A stretch of 32,000 bases of DNA, taken from assembly GCA_016699955.1 (NCBI GenBank), contig CP064993.1:150001-182000 (forward strand). Reading direction: 5' to 3'. This document shows, in pieces, positions 6,804 to 15,147 of the stretch. The stretch's first letter is position 1; every line of letters begins with the position of its first letter. A program made the position numbers and the translations under genes. The notes under the pieces were generated by a model, which worked only from the letters and a program-made list of their open reading frames with translations, was not told the origin of the DNA and did no database searches. The DNA comes from Candidatus Saccharimonadota bacterium. GTDB taxonomy: Bacteria > Patescibacteriota > Saccharimonadia > Saccharimonadales > UBA4665.

Positions 6804-6832
6804 TTGACATAAGTAATCATTAGTGCTATAAT
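6804..6832 (+). promoter_or_regulatory. Consensus sigma70-type promoter
   Basis: TTGACA (6804-6809), a 17-nt spacer and TATAAT (6827-6832). AGGAG lies 6 nt before the ATG at 6851. Confidence 0.55.
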
Positions 6833-6850
6833 TAAAAGATAGGAGATATT

Positions 6851-7207
6851 ATGACTTTAGATAAAGTTCACATTGTAGGTATGTCCGAAAATGGTAGCAC
6901 CTACTTAACTGTTGACGAATTTGAAGGTAAGGCAGTTAAGCCGCCCATTCAAGTAGTGCTTGAAGGTAAAGACGCTACTAGCGTTGCTGTTACCCAAGAC
7001 GCTCTCGCTGCTCGTTATGATGATGAAGAACTGTGTCAAATAGGTGAAGGTAGCTGGGTACTTGGACTCCAAAGAGTAATCGGCGAGATTGCTACTAATG
7101 GCAATCTAGAGTATGGCGCTACAAAGCCCTTGCATCCCAATCTCATTGATGCAGAAGTTGTAGCTTACGCAAAACTCCCTGCTTCCGTGTGTGAACTTAC
7201 GGCCTAG
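6851..7207 (+). CDS. Hypothetical protein (118 aa)
   Basis: ORF with a consensus promoter and Shine-Dalgarno sequence. No family was recognised. Confidence 0.6.
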   Translation: MTLDKVHIVGMSENGSTYLTVDEFEGKAVKPPIQVVLEGKDATSVAVTQDALAARYDDEELCQIGEGSWVLGLQRVIGEIATNGNLEYGATKPLHPNLIDAEVVAYAKLPASVCELTA

Positions 7208-7384
7208 TTGTTTAGTAATTTTCTAAGAAGTAACGTTTTACTTTCATAGCTAATAGCGCACCACTAAAATAACCGTATTCGTGGGTACGGATTGAACCAG
7301 AAGACAATAGCCCGAATGCTCAATGCTCACATGCGCATCTAGGGTCAGGGTTGTTGTATCAGCTAAAGAACGAGCAATTTTGAG

Positions 7385-7666
7385 CTACTTCCTAAAATCT
7401 AATAAATCCTCGGAGTCATTCCTTACTATTTTCTTTTTACGTGGGATCAACTTTGTGAAATAGGCGTAGGTTGATACTAGTACCTTCACGAATATTGCGA
7501 GTAGACAATAGATTGCAAGAAGGCCTAAGGCCGTGTTTGCGGTATCAATCCATGGTCCTTTAAAATTTTCTGTAATTATTGACCCGGCTAGGCCTATGGC
7601 AAAAACTGCAATAATCAAAACCCACCATGGAAGTAAGTTATACCAAGTAAGGCGATTATTTATCAT
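7385..7666 (-). CDS. Small membrane protein (93 aa, 2-3 TM helices)
   Basis: The hydrophobic segments LLPWWVLIIAVFAIGLAGSII and ALGLLAIYCLLAIFVKVLV are followed by a basic tail. The gene is divergent from the helicase gene. Confidence 0.5.
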   Translation of the reverse strand: MINNRLTWYNLLPWWVLIIAVFAIGLAGSIITENFKGPWIDTANTALGLLAIYCLLAIFVKVLVSTYAYFTKLIPRKKKIVRNDSEDLLDFRK

Positions 7667-7771
7667 GATAATATTATACCTCTCAATTATTCTTGTACAA
7701 TAATTCTTTTACTTAAGTCGTTGCGACGAAAGTTCTGATGTATAATTCGAGCAGAAACACCTTATCAATTT

Positions 7772-10700
7772 ATGGCAAAAATACCAATAACCATTAGTCA
7801 GCTAGCTAAATACGGACTTGATTATGTAAGTCTCATTTCAAGCAGTGCCTCAAGAAGTCGTCCAATTAAGACTGAACAGATGGACGCTGGGCTAGTATCT
7901 GCCCCAGACCTAATCTTCAAAGGAGAGACAGACAGTTTAACTATCAGCTTGGTTACATCGCTCGATAGACAGTTTGACCCAAATACGCTCGGTGAGGAAA
8001 AGAGCGACGAGCAACTACAGGCAGAACGTCGAGTTGAGCGTGATAGGGCGATATTTAATAGGTTCCAAGAAATCGACACGAAGATTAAGACCGACGAGTA
8101 CACGAAAAGGGTTGTATTTCAGACGGGCTTTATCTCATTTGAAGCAAAGCGTCTCAAGGAAAATGAGTTCAGCGATGATTATGAAAGTTATGAAGCACCA
8201 TTATTGCAGATTCCTGTAGCTGCAATAAACTTTAAATATACCAGTGACGGTGCAAATGTAATCATTGACTTGCCTGATAGCTATTTGGAAGTACTAACTG
8301 GCCCTCTTAAGAACTACTTGCCCCAGCAATATTTTGATAATGTCTTTAAATTTGTTGCCGATTCAGAAGCCGAAGGAAAGACAAGCCTTCCAGTGGAAGA
8401 TGATTTTATTGAAGATTTGTGGTCAGCAATCAGGGTGCAATTAGACCGAGTTGATGCCAAGGCGATATCAGAAAGCCCTGGTTTTGATACGAGTATAGTT
8501 GCCATTACAAACAAGACGAATCATTTCTTAGCCGAAGACTTAAGGGCCATTGCAACCCTAGAGGATGAAGACTTGCTAGAAACATCACTCGGTAGCTGGG
8601 TTTCAGACGAGGATATGGCAATTGAGCAAACCGTATCGGATGACGGCAGTACTGAGATATTCTTTCCTTTTGATTATGACAAGTACCAGCTCAAGGTGCT
8701 TGGGATAACTGCCAATAAGGCTGTTATCGTTGAGGGTCCTCCTGGTACTGGTAAATCTCAGACTATCTCGAACTTGCTAGTTCATTTAGCGGCTACTGGA
8801 AAAAGAGTATTGTTCGCTAGTCAAAAAGACCAAGCCATACGTGGCGTGAAGGATAAACTAAAAACTCTTGATGTGCCCTTTTTATTTGGTTATATTCCAG
8901 ACAAGACTTCGAAGTTGTATACAGCAGATGATGAGAAAGACAGTGCCGCCAATACTCTCATAGCGTTGAACCGAGAATTTCAAAAAGGCAAAGTCGGAGA
9001 CCTAAAAGAACCACTGGGCTTGCTTGTCGACCGTTCGAAGAATTTTGTAGAAAATATGAACATCGAACGTTCTCTTTATGCCCTGCACGAAGAGCGAAGA
9101 AGCCTTGGCTACTTAGATGCTTTCTATGATTATGGAATCAACTTAGAGTTTTATGGACAGTGTTTGGAATTTGAGAAAAACATTAGTGAGCTTAGTTCTA
9201 AAATTAAACAGTTTGAAGAGGCTCATAGTAAGTTTATAAAAATAGCCGACACTAAATTCAAGGACCTTAAAATAGACTATCAAGGTACGATTCCCTCTAC
9301 TGAGAGTATCTGCACATACTTCAAAGTAAATATGCCTGAGCGTTCTGGTTGGCTCGGCGGTAAGGTTAACGACATTAAGCTCCGAAGTGCGCTCAAGGAA
9401 CACTGTCGTGACATATTCCAAGAAATTTACGTAGAGTTTGAAAAGATATTATTCTCTGACAATACGAAGTCGGCTAAATTAAATATGCTAGATGGCGTAA
9501 AGGCATACTTCACATACTCCCTTGATAAAGAGACTCTATCCTATGTCTGCTCAGAGCTAGACAAACTCCTAGAGAGCAAAGATATGCCAGAGACAGTGTT
9601 GGCAAGCTTCAAAAAAGTTGTGAGTGAGCACGGTGGCGATAGCGAAGTATTTAAAGACCTTGATAGGTATAATGCAATCTCTGCTCAGATAGAAGAGGCG
9701 TCTCTTTATTCGGCCAACGAACTTAATCGTGAGATTAAGGATATTCGTAAGTTTTATAGGAAGAATGTCACAAACTATGTACGCAACCGAATATTGACAA
9801 GGGTTGGCGAGGCGAACAACAGCAAGGAACTTAGAGCTACGTTAGCCCAAGTTGCCAGAAGCCTAACCAAGAGCAAGAAAGCCAATAAGACATTTGATAG
9901 GTTGAAGCATAACGAGGACAACTTTAGTGCTATGTCAAAAGTAGTACCTATCTGGATGATGAGTCTGGATGACGTAAGCCGTATTGTGCCTCTAGAAATG
10001 AACGCTTTCGATTACGTTATTATCGACGAGGCTTCACAGTGTAACTTTGCATATGCGTTCCCAGCTATGTACCGTGCGGAACATACTATATTCTTTGGCG
10101 ATACGTTGCAGATGCGTGACGACAACATTATGTTCAAGTCAAATGACCAGCTTAGTGCTATAGCCAAAAAACATAAGATACCTGACGTATATCAGATTAA
10201 AGCCGAAGAAGACACTGTTAAGTCTGTGATGGACATAGCAAGCCTAAATGGTTTCAAGACTACCACTCTCAAATACCACTACCGTTCGCCTAAAGAGCTG
10301 ATTGGTTTTTCTAATACAGCGTTTTACGAGCCGATTGGTCGCAAGCTAGAGGCTGTTAATGATAATGTCGTCCCGTATAAAGACACTGGACGGGTCTTGC
10401 TTAACCATTTAGTTACTCCAAGTGATGACGAAGAAATAGGAAGCAAAACTAACCTTGCTGAGATACGAAGAATTCAGGAACTGGTTGAAGAGATTAAGAT
10501 CGACCCCGTTATTAAGGACAAGTCTATAGCTATATTGACATTCTTCAACGAGCAGGCGGAAGAGATACGTAATGTCATCAAAGATGAAGATATTAAAGTT
10601 GCAATTATTGACGGTATACAGGGAGATGAACGAGACATTGTAATTTACTCGTTTGTCATTAAAGACCCTAGTGATAAACGTCGGTATGTAAGCCGTACGG

Positions 10701-11635
10701 GCGAAGGCGGCGAAATAAACAAAGATATAGCTGCTGGACGAGTTAACGTGGCCTTTAGTCGTGCTCGGCTTCAGGTACACTGTGTAACCTCTCTTCCAAC
10801 AGAGCTGTGGCCTGACGGTATTTGGATTAAAAAGTATCTAGAGTATGTAGATAAAAATGGGGTACTATCCCGTCGACACAGTAAGTCTGAGCAACGTTTC
10901 GATTCTAATTTCGAAGAGCAGGTATTTAATTACCTATCTAGGGAATTGGGAGCAGATGAGTACACTGTGGAAACTCAAGCAGAATCTCTTGGCTTCAAGA
11001 TCGACCTAGTAGTTCATCATAAGGGCAAGAAGCTTGCAATTGAGTGTGATGGACCAACGCACTTCGAAGGCGGAGACGGTCAAGTTTATGTGCAGAACGA
11101 TTGGGAGCGTCAAGGTGCGTTAGAGGTCGCTGGATGGACCTTCTACCGCATATCATATTTCGACTGGGTTGATGACCAAGCAGAGGAAGAAAAGGCTCTA
11201 CTAGAGCATATAAAGCATTTCTTTGGCGAAGGACACTCTACAAGTAAGACGACTGTAGTTAAAGAACTTGAAAAAGAGACAGTCGCTCCTGAAGATGCTC
11301 CTAAAGACACTTACATAACAGACTTTTCTGATGAGCGTGTAGATAACGTAAGTCCAGTTAACGCTACACCAGCACCGACTGTTAATAAGGCTAAGACTTC
11401 AACCAAGAAAGAGTTTAGCGTTGGCGACCGAGGTGTTAATCAAGACGATTTTAGTAGGTATCTTCAGCCTCGTGCAAATGGGGTTATTAGAATGAGATAT
11501 CAAAGCGCTCGTGCTGGGAGTGCTGCTTACTGGCGTGATATCAAGTTGGTTAAATATGATGATACTTACCTATACGCTGAGGGCAACGACTACCCAATAA
11601 AATACCGTCGTGACCGTGTCATAGAGTTTAACTAG
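7772..11635 (+). CDS. SF1 (Upf1/Dna2-like, AAA_11/AAA_12) helicase with a DUF4011-like N-terminus, a DUF559/Vsr-like (MTES_1575-type) endonuclease domain and a WYL-like C-terminal domain
   Basis: Walker A is VEGPPGTGKSQT (nt about 8735-8758) and Walker B is YVIIDEASQC (about 10010-10040). Other helicase motifs are FFGDTLQM, LKYHYRS, IDGIQGDERDIVIYS and RVNVAFSRAR. The nuclease core is KIDLVVHHKGKKLAIECDGPTHF...GWTFYRISYFDW (about 10898-11170). The tail is IRMRYQSARAGSAAYWRDIKLVKYDDTYLYAEGNDYPIKYRRDRVIEF (about 11484-11632). Confidence 0.85.
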   Translation: MAKIPITISQLAKYGLDYVSLISSSASRSRPIKTEQMDAGLVSAPDLIFKGETDSLTISLVTSLDRQFDPNTLGEEKSDEQLQAERRVERDRAIFNRFQEIDTKIKTDEYTKRVVFQTGFISFEAKRLKENEFSDDYESYEAPLLQIPVAAINFKYTSDGANVIIDLPDSYLEVLTGPLKNYLPQQYFDNVFKFVADSEAEGKTSLPVEDDFIEDLWSAIRVQLDRVDAKAISESPGFDTSIVAITNKTNHFLAEDLRAIATLEDEDLLETSLGSWVSDEDMAIEQTVSDDGSTEIFFPFDYDKYQLKVLGITANKAVIVEGPPGTGKSQTISNLLVHLAATGKRVLFASQKDQAIRGVKDKLKTLDVPFLFGYIPDKTSKLYTADDEKDSAANTLIALNREFQKGKVGDLKEPLGLLVDRSKNFVENMNIERSLYALHEERRSLGYLDAFYDYGINLEFYGQCLEFEKNISELSSKIKQFEEAHSKFIKIADTKFKDLKIDYQGTIPSTESICTYFKVNMPERSGWLGGKVNDIKLRSALKEHCRDIFQEIYVEFEKILFSDNTKSAKLNMLDGVKAYFTYSLDKETLSYVCSELDKLLESKDMPETVLASFKKVVSEHGGDSEVFKDLDRYNAISAQIEEASLYSANELNREIKDIRKFYRKNVTNYVRNRILTRVGEANNSKELRATLAQVARSLTKSKKANKTFDRLKHNEDNFSAMSKVVPIWMMSLDDVSRIVPLEMNAFDYVIIDEASQCNFAYAFPAMYRAEHTIFFGDTLQMRDDNIMFKSNDQLSAIAKKHKIPDVYQIKAEEDTVKSVMDIASLNGFKTTTLKYHYRSPKELIGFSNTAFYEPIGRKLEAVNDNVVPYKDTGRVLLNHLVTPSDDEEIGSKTNLAEIRRIQELVEEIKIDPVIKDKSIAILTFFNEQAEEIRNVIKDEDIKVAIIDGIQGDERDIVIYSFVIKDPSDKRRYVSRTGEGGEINKDIAAGRVNVAFSRARLQVHCVTSLPTELWPDGIWIKKYLEYVDKNGVLSRRHSKSEQRFDSNFEEQVFNYLSRELGADEYTVETQAESLGFKIDLVVHHKGKKLAIECDGPTHFEGGDGQVYVQNDWERQGALEVAGWTFYRISYFDWVDDQAEEEKALLEHIKHFFGEGHSTSKTTVVKELEKETVAPEDAPKDTYITDFSDERVDNVSPVNATPAPTVNKAKTSTKKEFSVGDRGVNQDDFSRYLQPRANGVIRMRYQSARAGSAAYWRDIKLVKYDDTYLYAEGNDYPIKYRRDRVIEFN

Positions 11636-11644
11636 AATTTTACG

Positions 11645-12721
11645 TTAACTCTCTTGCAATTCTCTCAGTCTAGTAATCACGTAAAGCGATATTTCAATTG
11701 TCATATTTTTGGCAATTCGAGCATCTTCACGTCTAGATTTAATTCTGTGCGTACCATCATTGGACAGAAAGTGTCGATGAGACATGAGTAAGTCGGCCAT
11801 ATCCGTAGACAGAAGTCTTTTTTCTTTAAAGAACTTTGCTGCCTTCTCTGCATCCTTGCCGTCAATTTTTGTTGCTGGGTCTATAGACTTAGCAACTTGT
11901 TCGTAAAATCTTTCAGTGAAAGCACGTATTGCAGACATACAGTCTCTGTACTTCATAGGTGTATTAGCTTGCTCCACTAAATCAGATATGTGTCGCAAGG
12001 ATTCGCTCAGGTCCAAAGGAAAGCCAATACTTTCGATTTGTTCGACAACTCGTGCCTCGTCGGCATTCAACTCTGGGTTAAAGGCGGTGTCAATCTGACG
12101 AGCAAAATCACGAGTTAGCATTTCGTTAGTAGTAATGTAGAGCCTTCTTAAGGCCTTAGTAACATCTGTGTACAGACTACTGTATTCGTCAGCATCTTGA
12201 CCTAACTTAGACCTGCTTTGCATATAGTCGTCTGCGTAGTCCAGTAACCTTTCCGTGATATCAGAACCAAAAATATCTGGACGATGTCTTAGTGCCTGAA
12301 TAATGCAAAGGATGCTTTTTACGCAGGCACCATTATTGTTATATCCCACAAGGGTTTTGCATATATGGTCTAAGAGAATACCTGTGTTGCCCGTGTGCAC
12401 AAAATACAATGTAACAGCGTCAACTATACCGTCCGAGCCATTATTTTCTATGTACGACAGTAATAGTTGCTCAAATTCTTTTAACTCTCTGGCTGAAAGC
12501 TGCTGGGAAAGTTTTATTAACAATCCAGAGTGTTGATTGTTGAGCTGCCAGTCCTCTGGATTGTCGTCAATAAGACCTTTTATAGTACTGTCATCCAGTG
12601 GATAGCGTCCAGCATCTTCGGTAAGTGTATAGTTACTGACTTTGTTATCGCTGGCCTTTATGGCAGCGTTAGTCAGCAGCAGCTTAATCTTTTTTTTCAG
12701 TTTGTCGTCCATTGTTAACAT
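11645..12721 (-). CDS. Hypothetical protein with a DUF4145/HEPN-like C-terminal helical domain
   Basis: The preferred start is the ATG at 12721 (MLTMDDKLKKK); the TTG at 12784 is unlikely. The C-terminus AIRAFTERFYEQVAK...FFKEKRLLSTDMADLLMSHRHFLSNDGTHRIKSRREDARIAKNMTIEISLYVITRL resembles the DUF4145/Abi_C pattern (L-x-R-x2-(G)N-x3-H ... A ... helix). This is a weak, motif-level call only. Confidence 0.55.
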   Translation of the reverse strand: MLTMDDKLKKKIKLLLTNAAIKASDNKVSNYTLTEDAGRYPLDDSTIKGLIDDNPEDWQLNNQHSGLLIKLSQQLSARELKEFEQLLLSYIENNGSDGIVDAVTLYFVHTGNTGILLDHICKTLVGYNNNGACVKSILCIIQALRHRPDIFGSDITERLLDYADDYMQSRSKLGQDADEYSSLYTDVTKALRRLYITTNEMLTRDFARQIDTAFNPELNADEARVVEQIESIGFPLDLSESLRHISDLVEQANTPMKYRDCMSAIRAFTERFYEQVAKSIDPATKIDGKDAEKAAKFFKEKRLLSTDMADLLMSHRHFLSNDGTHRIKSRREDARIAKNMTIEISLYVITRLRELQES

Positions 12722-13117
12722 CTTAGCACTTGCGTGTATGTAAAAGAACTGATTGTGTTTATTGTCAAACAATATCCCCAACAAGCCTCTCCCAACAATC
12801 CTACCACTGTTAGTCGTTGGTCATTGTTGGGCTATTCTCAAAACATAGCTTTTTTATTTGTTGAGACATTTTTAGGTAGTTAGTGCGTTTACAACTACTC
12901 CTAGAAGTCTATGAGCTACGGGTACGGGGGTATATCAAGGCGTGTAAGTCTAGCTCGGCACAACCATACTCTTGTATTGGTTGTACGGTACGGCAAGTAT
13001 ATCTCTCCATCTTTGTATCTCTAACCTCAGTTGTGTGTAGTTATCCAAGCTAATTTGGTGTAAAAGTTTTTGGTCCTGCTGCACCATAGAAAATGTCGTT
13101 ACCACGTCTATACAAAA

Positions 13118-13146
13118 TTGACATAAGTTGTCGTAAGGTATATAAT
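13118..13146 (+). promoter_or_regulatory. Consensus sigma70-type promoter driving an apparently leaderless mRNA
   Basis: TTGACA (13118-13123), a 17-nt spacer and TATAAT (13141-13146). The ATG at 13154 is only 7 nt after the -10 box. Confidence 0.5.
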
Positions 13147-13153
13147 AATACTT

Positions 13154-13699
13154 ATGGCTGATACTTTTAGTGAAAGAATCGAAGCGTTACGTATTCAAAA
13201 GCGAGACGATTCGCGTGCACGCGCCCAAAAGCAAGTAAGTGCAGCAGCTATACAACTAGCAGAAAATGCACGTGTTGCTGAAGAGTCCAAGAAACTTATT
13301 GCAGACCTGCTAACTTTCCTAACGGCACGTGATGTGCCTACCGCACGCTTCGTTAGAACTGATTCAGAGCAAGTAATACTACATAGTAGAAATATTCTAA
13401 AACCATGGAACCCCCCCACATATGGTACGCGTGCGACTGAAAGAGATGTTGCGCGGGGGTGGTATATCTCAGACGTAGACGGCGAGCCAGGCGAGTGGGA
13501 TGTATCGTATCATCCATCCACACCCTATGGGCTTGATACCTTCGGACGCTTATATAGACTCAATGGAATTGCACCTGATAGATACATAGGTGATAAATAT
13601 GCAGTTATGGAAGAAATACTAGATCCTGAAATGCAAGTTCGAATTTTAAATGGCGAAGCAACTATAAACCGTTTAGAGGAACTCAGTAGAGGCAATTAA
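13154..13699 (+). CDS. Hypothetical protein (181 aa)
   Basis: ORF directly behind a consensus promoter. No family was recognised. Confidence 0.6.
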   Translation: MADTFSERIEALRIQKRDDSRARAQKQVSAAAIQLAENARVAEESKKLIADLLTFLTARDVPTARFVRTDSEQVILHSRNILKPWNPPTYGTRATERDVARGWYISDVDGEPGEWDVSYHPSTPYGLDTFGRLYRLNGIAPDRYIGDKYAVMEEILDPEMQVRILNGEATINRLEELSRGN

Positions 13700-13753
13700 A
13701 AACTGGCCACATAGCTAAAGAATCATCACCAAGGGTGGAAAACTCTACGTAAT

Positions 13754-13867
13754 CTACGCAGTTAGGTCGCCTGATAAATTAAATATCTCAACAAGATTAT
13801 TTAGCTTTTGGTCATCAACTTTCTGTGTTGCGGATGTTTGTAATACGTCAACTATGGTGCACCAATT
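13754..13867 (-). repeat. Conserved junction module, copy C: minus-strand coding-like remnant ending at a GCACCA core
   Basis: The minus frame reads NWCTIVDVLQTSATQKVDDQKLNNLVEIFNLSGDLTA*. It is homologous to 14747-14863. The GCACCA core is at 13859-13864. Confidence 0.6.
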
Positions 13868-13907
13868 AGACCCAAACGATTTTGAAACAGTATAGTTTCT
13901 AACATTT

Positions 13908-13929
13908 GAGCCTTTTGAAGGCTCTTTTT
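13908..13929 (+). terminator. Intrinsic terminator-like hairpin
   Basis: GAGCC-TTTTGAA-GGCTC followed by TTTTT. Confidence 0.45.
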
Positions 13930-13943
13930 GTTATGATTGGTTT

Positions 13944-14750
13944 ATGAAAAACGCTTCAAGCGGCGACATCCTTAGCTATAACCAATATGCAGAGATTGAG
14001 AAACAAGGCTTTACTACACCTTATATTGTAGAATTACAGCGTGAGGGTCAAAATCTGCTTTTCTATGGCTCAGAGCATACGAATAATCCTGAGCACCCTC
14101 AGTTCCAAGATGTTGAAGAGCGATGGAAAGCATTTGTCGCAAATTCAGAAAAACCAATCGCACTTGTTGAGGGTCGTTTTGATGAAGTGTCTCAAGATGA
14201 GTCAAAAGATAGGACAAAATCTATTGTGGAAGGCGGCGAGGCACAGTTCGTAGTCCATCTTGCCCGTAAAGACGGAGTGGAAGTAGCTTCGCCAGAACCT
14301 GATAGAATCTGGGAAGCAAACGAACTTGCAAAAGAGTTTGGTAGAGACAATGTTGTTTTCTACTACTTTGTAAGACAAGTTGGCTGGTGGAATAGGTTTA
14401 CCGAAAAACCGGATGTTCAGGCAGAAGCAAACAAAATGCTTGGGCTAATGGAAAAAACCTACAATTGGCATGACGTTGATTTTAGCATTGAGCGAATGGC
14501 TGCTATCCACGAGGAGCTATTCGGTAAGCCATTGTCGTGGGATGATACGCAATGGGTCTATGAGATAACGACACCAACACCTCAAGATTATGTTACAAAC
14601 GAGTTAGCTCGCAGGTCAGGCGAGCTTAGAGACGAGTATATACTTGAGCAGATTATGAAATACTGGAAAGAGAGTAAAAGCTTGTTTATAGTCTTTGGTT
14701 CAGCACACGCTATAAGGCTTGAACCTGCACTTCGTAATCTAGCCGCCTAG
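13944..14750 (+). CDS. Tiki/ChaN/TraB-GumN superfamily-like protein
   Basis: The N-terminal NLLFYGSEHTNNPEHPQFQ...IALVEGRF and the C-terminal FIVFGSAHAIRLEP resemble the paired G-x-x-H motifs of this superfamily. This is a motif-level call. Confidence 0.5.
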   Translation: MKNASSGDILSYNQYAEIEKQGFTTPYIVELQREGQNLLFYGSEHTNNPEHPQFQDVEERWKAFVANSEKPIALVEGRFDEVSQDESKDRTKSIVEGGEAQFVVHLARKDGVEVASPEPDRIWEANELAKEFGRDNVVFYYFVRQVGWWNRFTEKPDVQAEANKMLGLMEKTYNWHDVDFSIERMAAIHEELFGKPLSWDDTQWVYEITTPTPQDYVTNELARRSGELRDEYILEQIMKYWKESKSLFIVFGSAHAIRLEPALRNLAA

Positions 14751-14863
14751 CTATCTAACAAACCGCCCGACAAGTTAAATACTTCAACTAGGTGCTTCAG
14801 CTTATAATCATTCACGACATCGATGGCTGATGTTTGAAATGCGTCAACTATCCTGCACCAAAT
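14747..14863 (-). repeat. Conserved junction module, copy B
   Basis: The minus frame reads IWCRIVDAFQTSAIDVVNDYKLKHLVEVFNLSGGLLDS*. The two peptides are clearly alignable, with shared blocks IVD, QTSA, KL and LVE-FNLSG. The DNA copies also align throughout with scattered substitutions. Confidence 0.6.
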
Positions 14864-14899
14864 GAGGACTTTCGGACACTTCGGTGTCCTTTTTCTTTG
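14855..14899 (+). repeat. 45-nt exact repeat: GCACCA core plus flank plus terminator (copy 1)
   Basis: gcaccaaatgaggactttcggacacttcggtgtcctttttctttg is identical to 16714-16758. It contains GGACAC-TTCG-GTGTCC followed by TTTTT. Confidence 0.9.
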
Positions 14900-15147
14900 G
14901 CGTTAATCCGTAAAGTTAGCTCTTAAGAAATACAAACTTTCCCCTAACTTATTGTACGAAGCAACGAGGCTAGTTTATCCAGGCGTAGCGCTTGGTTACA
15001 TGCCCGAACAAATCATTTAATGACTAGTAGAACTATAAATAACCCACCCAAGAGGCTGCTTGGTAAAAGCATAAACATATTTAAATTGTCAAAAAGCAAG
15101 TGCTATAATGTAGTGACATAACCGCTGGGCGGAAACGAGGAGGGTAC

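Noticed and set aside
7262-7300. Possible tRNA fragment at GGGTACGGATTGAACC (T-arm-like on the minus strand: GGTTCAATCCGTACC).
   Set aside because: No complementary 5-bp stem flanks the TTCAATC loop on either strand. The local pairing is just a CCGTA-N8-TACGG hairpin, and there is no acceptor or anticodon arm.
7772-12721. Assignment of the helicase pair to a named defence system (Mokosh, Hachiman, Gabija, Zorya, DISARM, Dnd/Ssp-associated helicases).
   Set aside because: The defining partners or domains are absent from the window: a PLD nuclease for Mokosh, HamA, the GajA ATPase/TOPRIM, membrane stators, and methyltransferase or PLD modules. The locus can only be described as unclassified.
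13080-13085. An additional GCACCA hexamer (cctgctGCACCAtagaa) as another island junction.
   Set aside because: A 6-mer is expected by chance at this sequence length. The flanks show no similarity to the other junction modules on either side, and the minus-strand frame through it stops after 18 codons with no similarity to the tail peptides.
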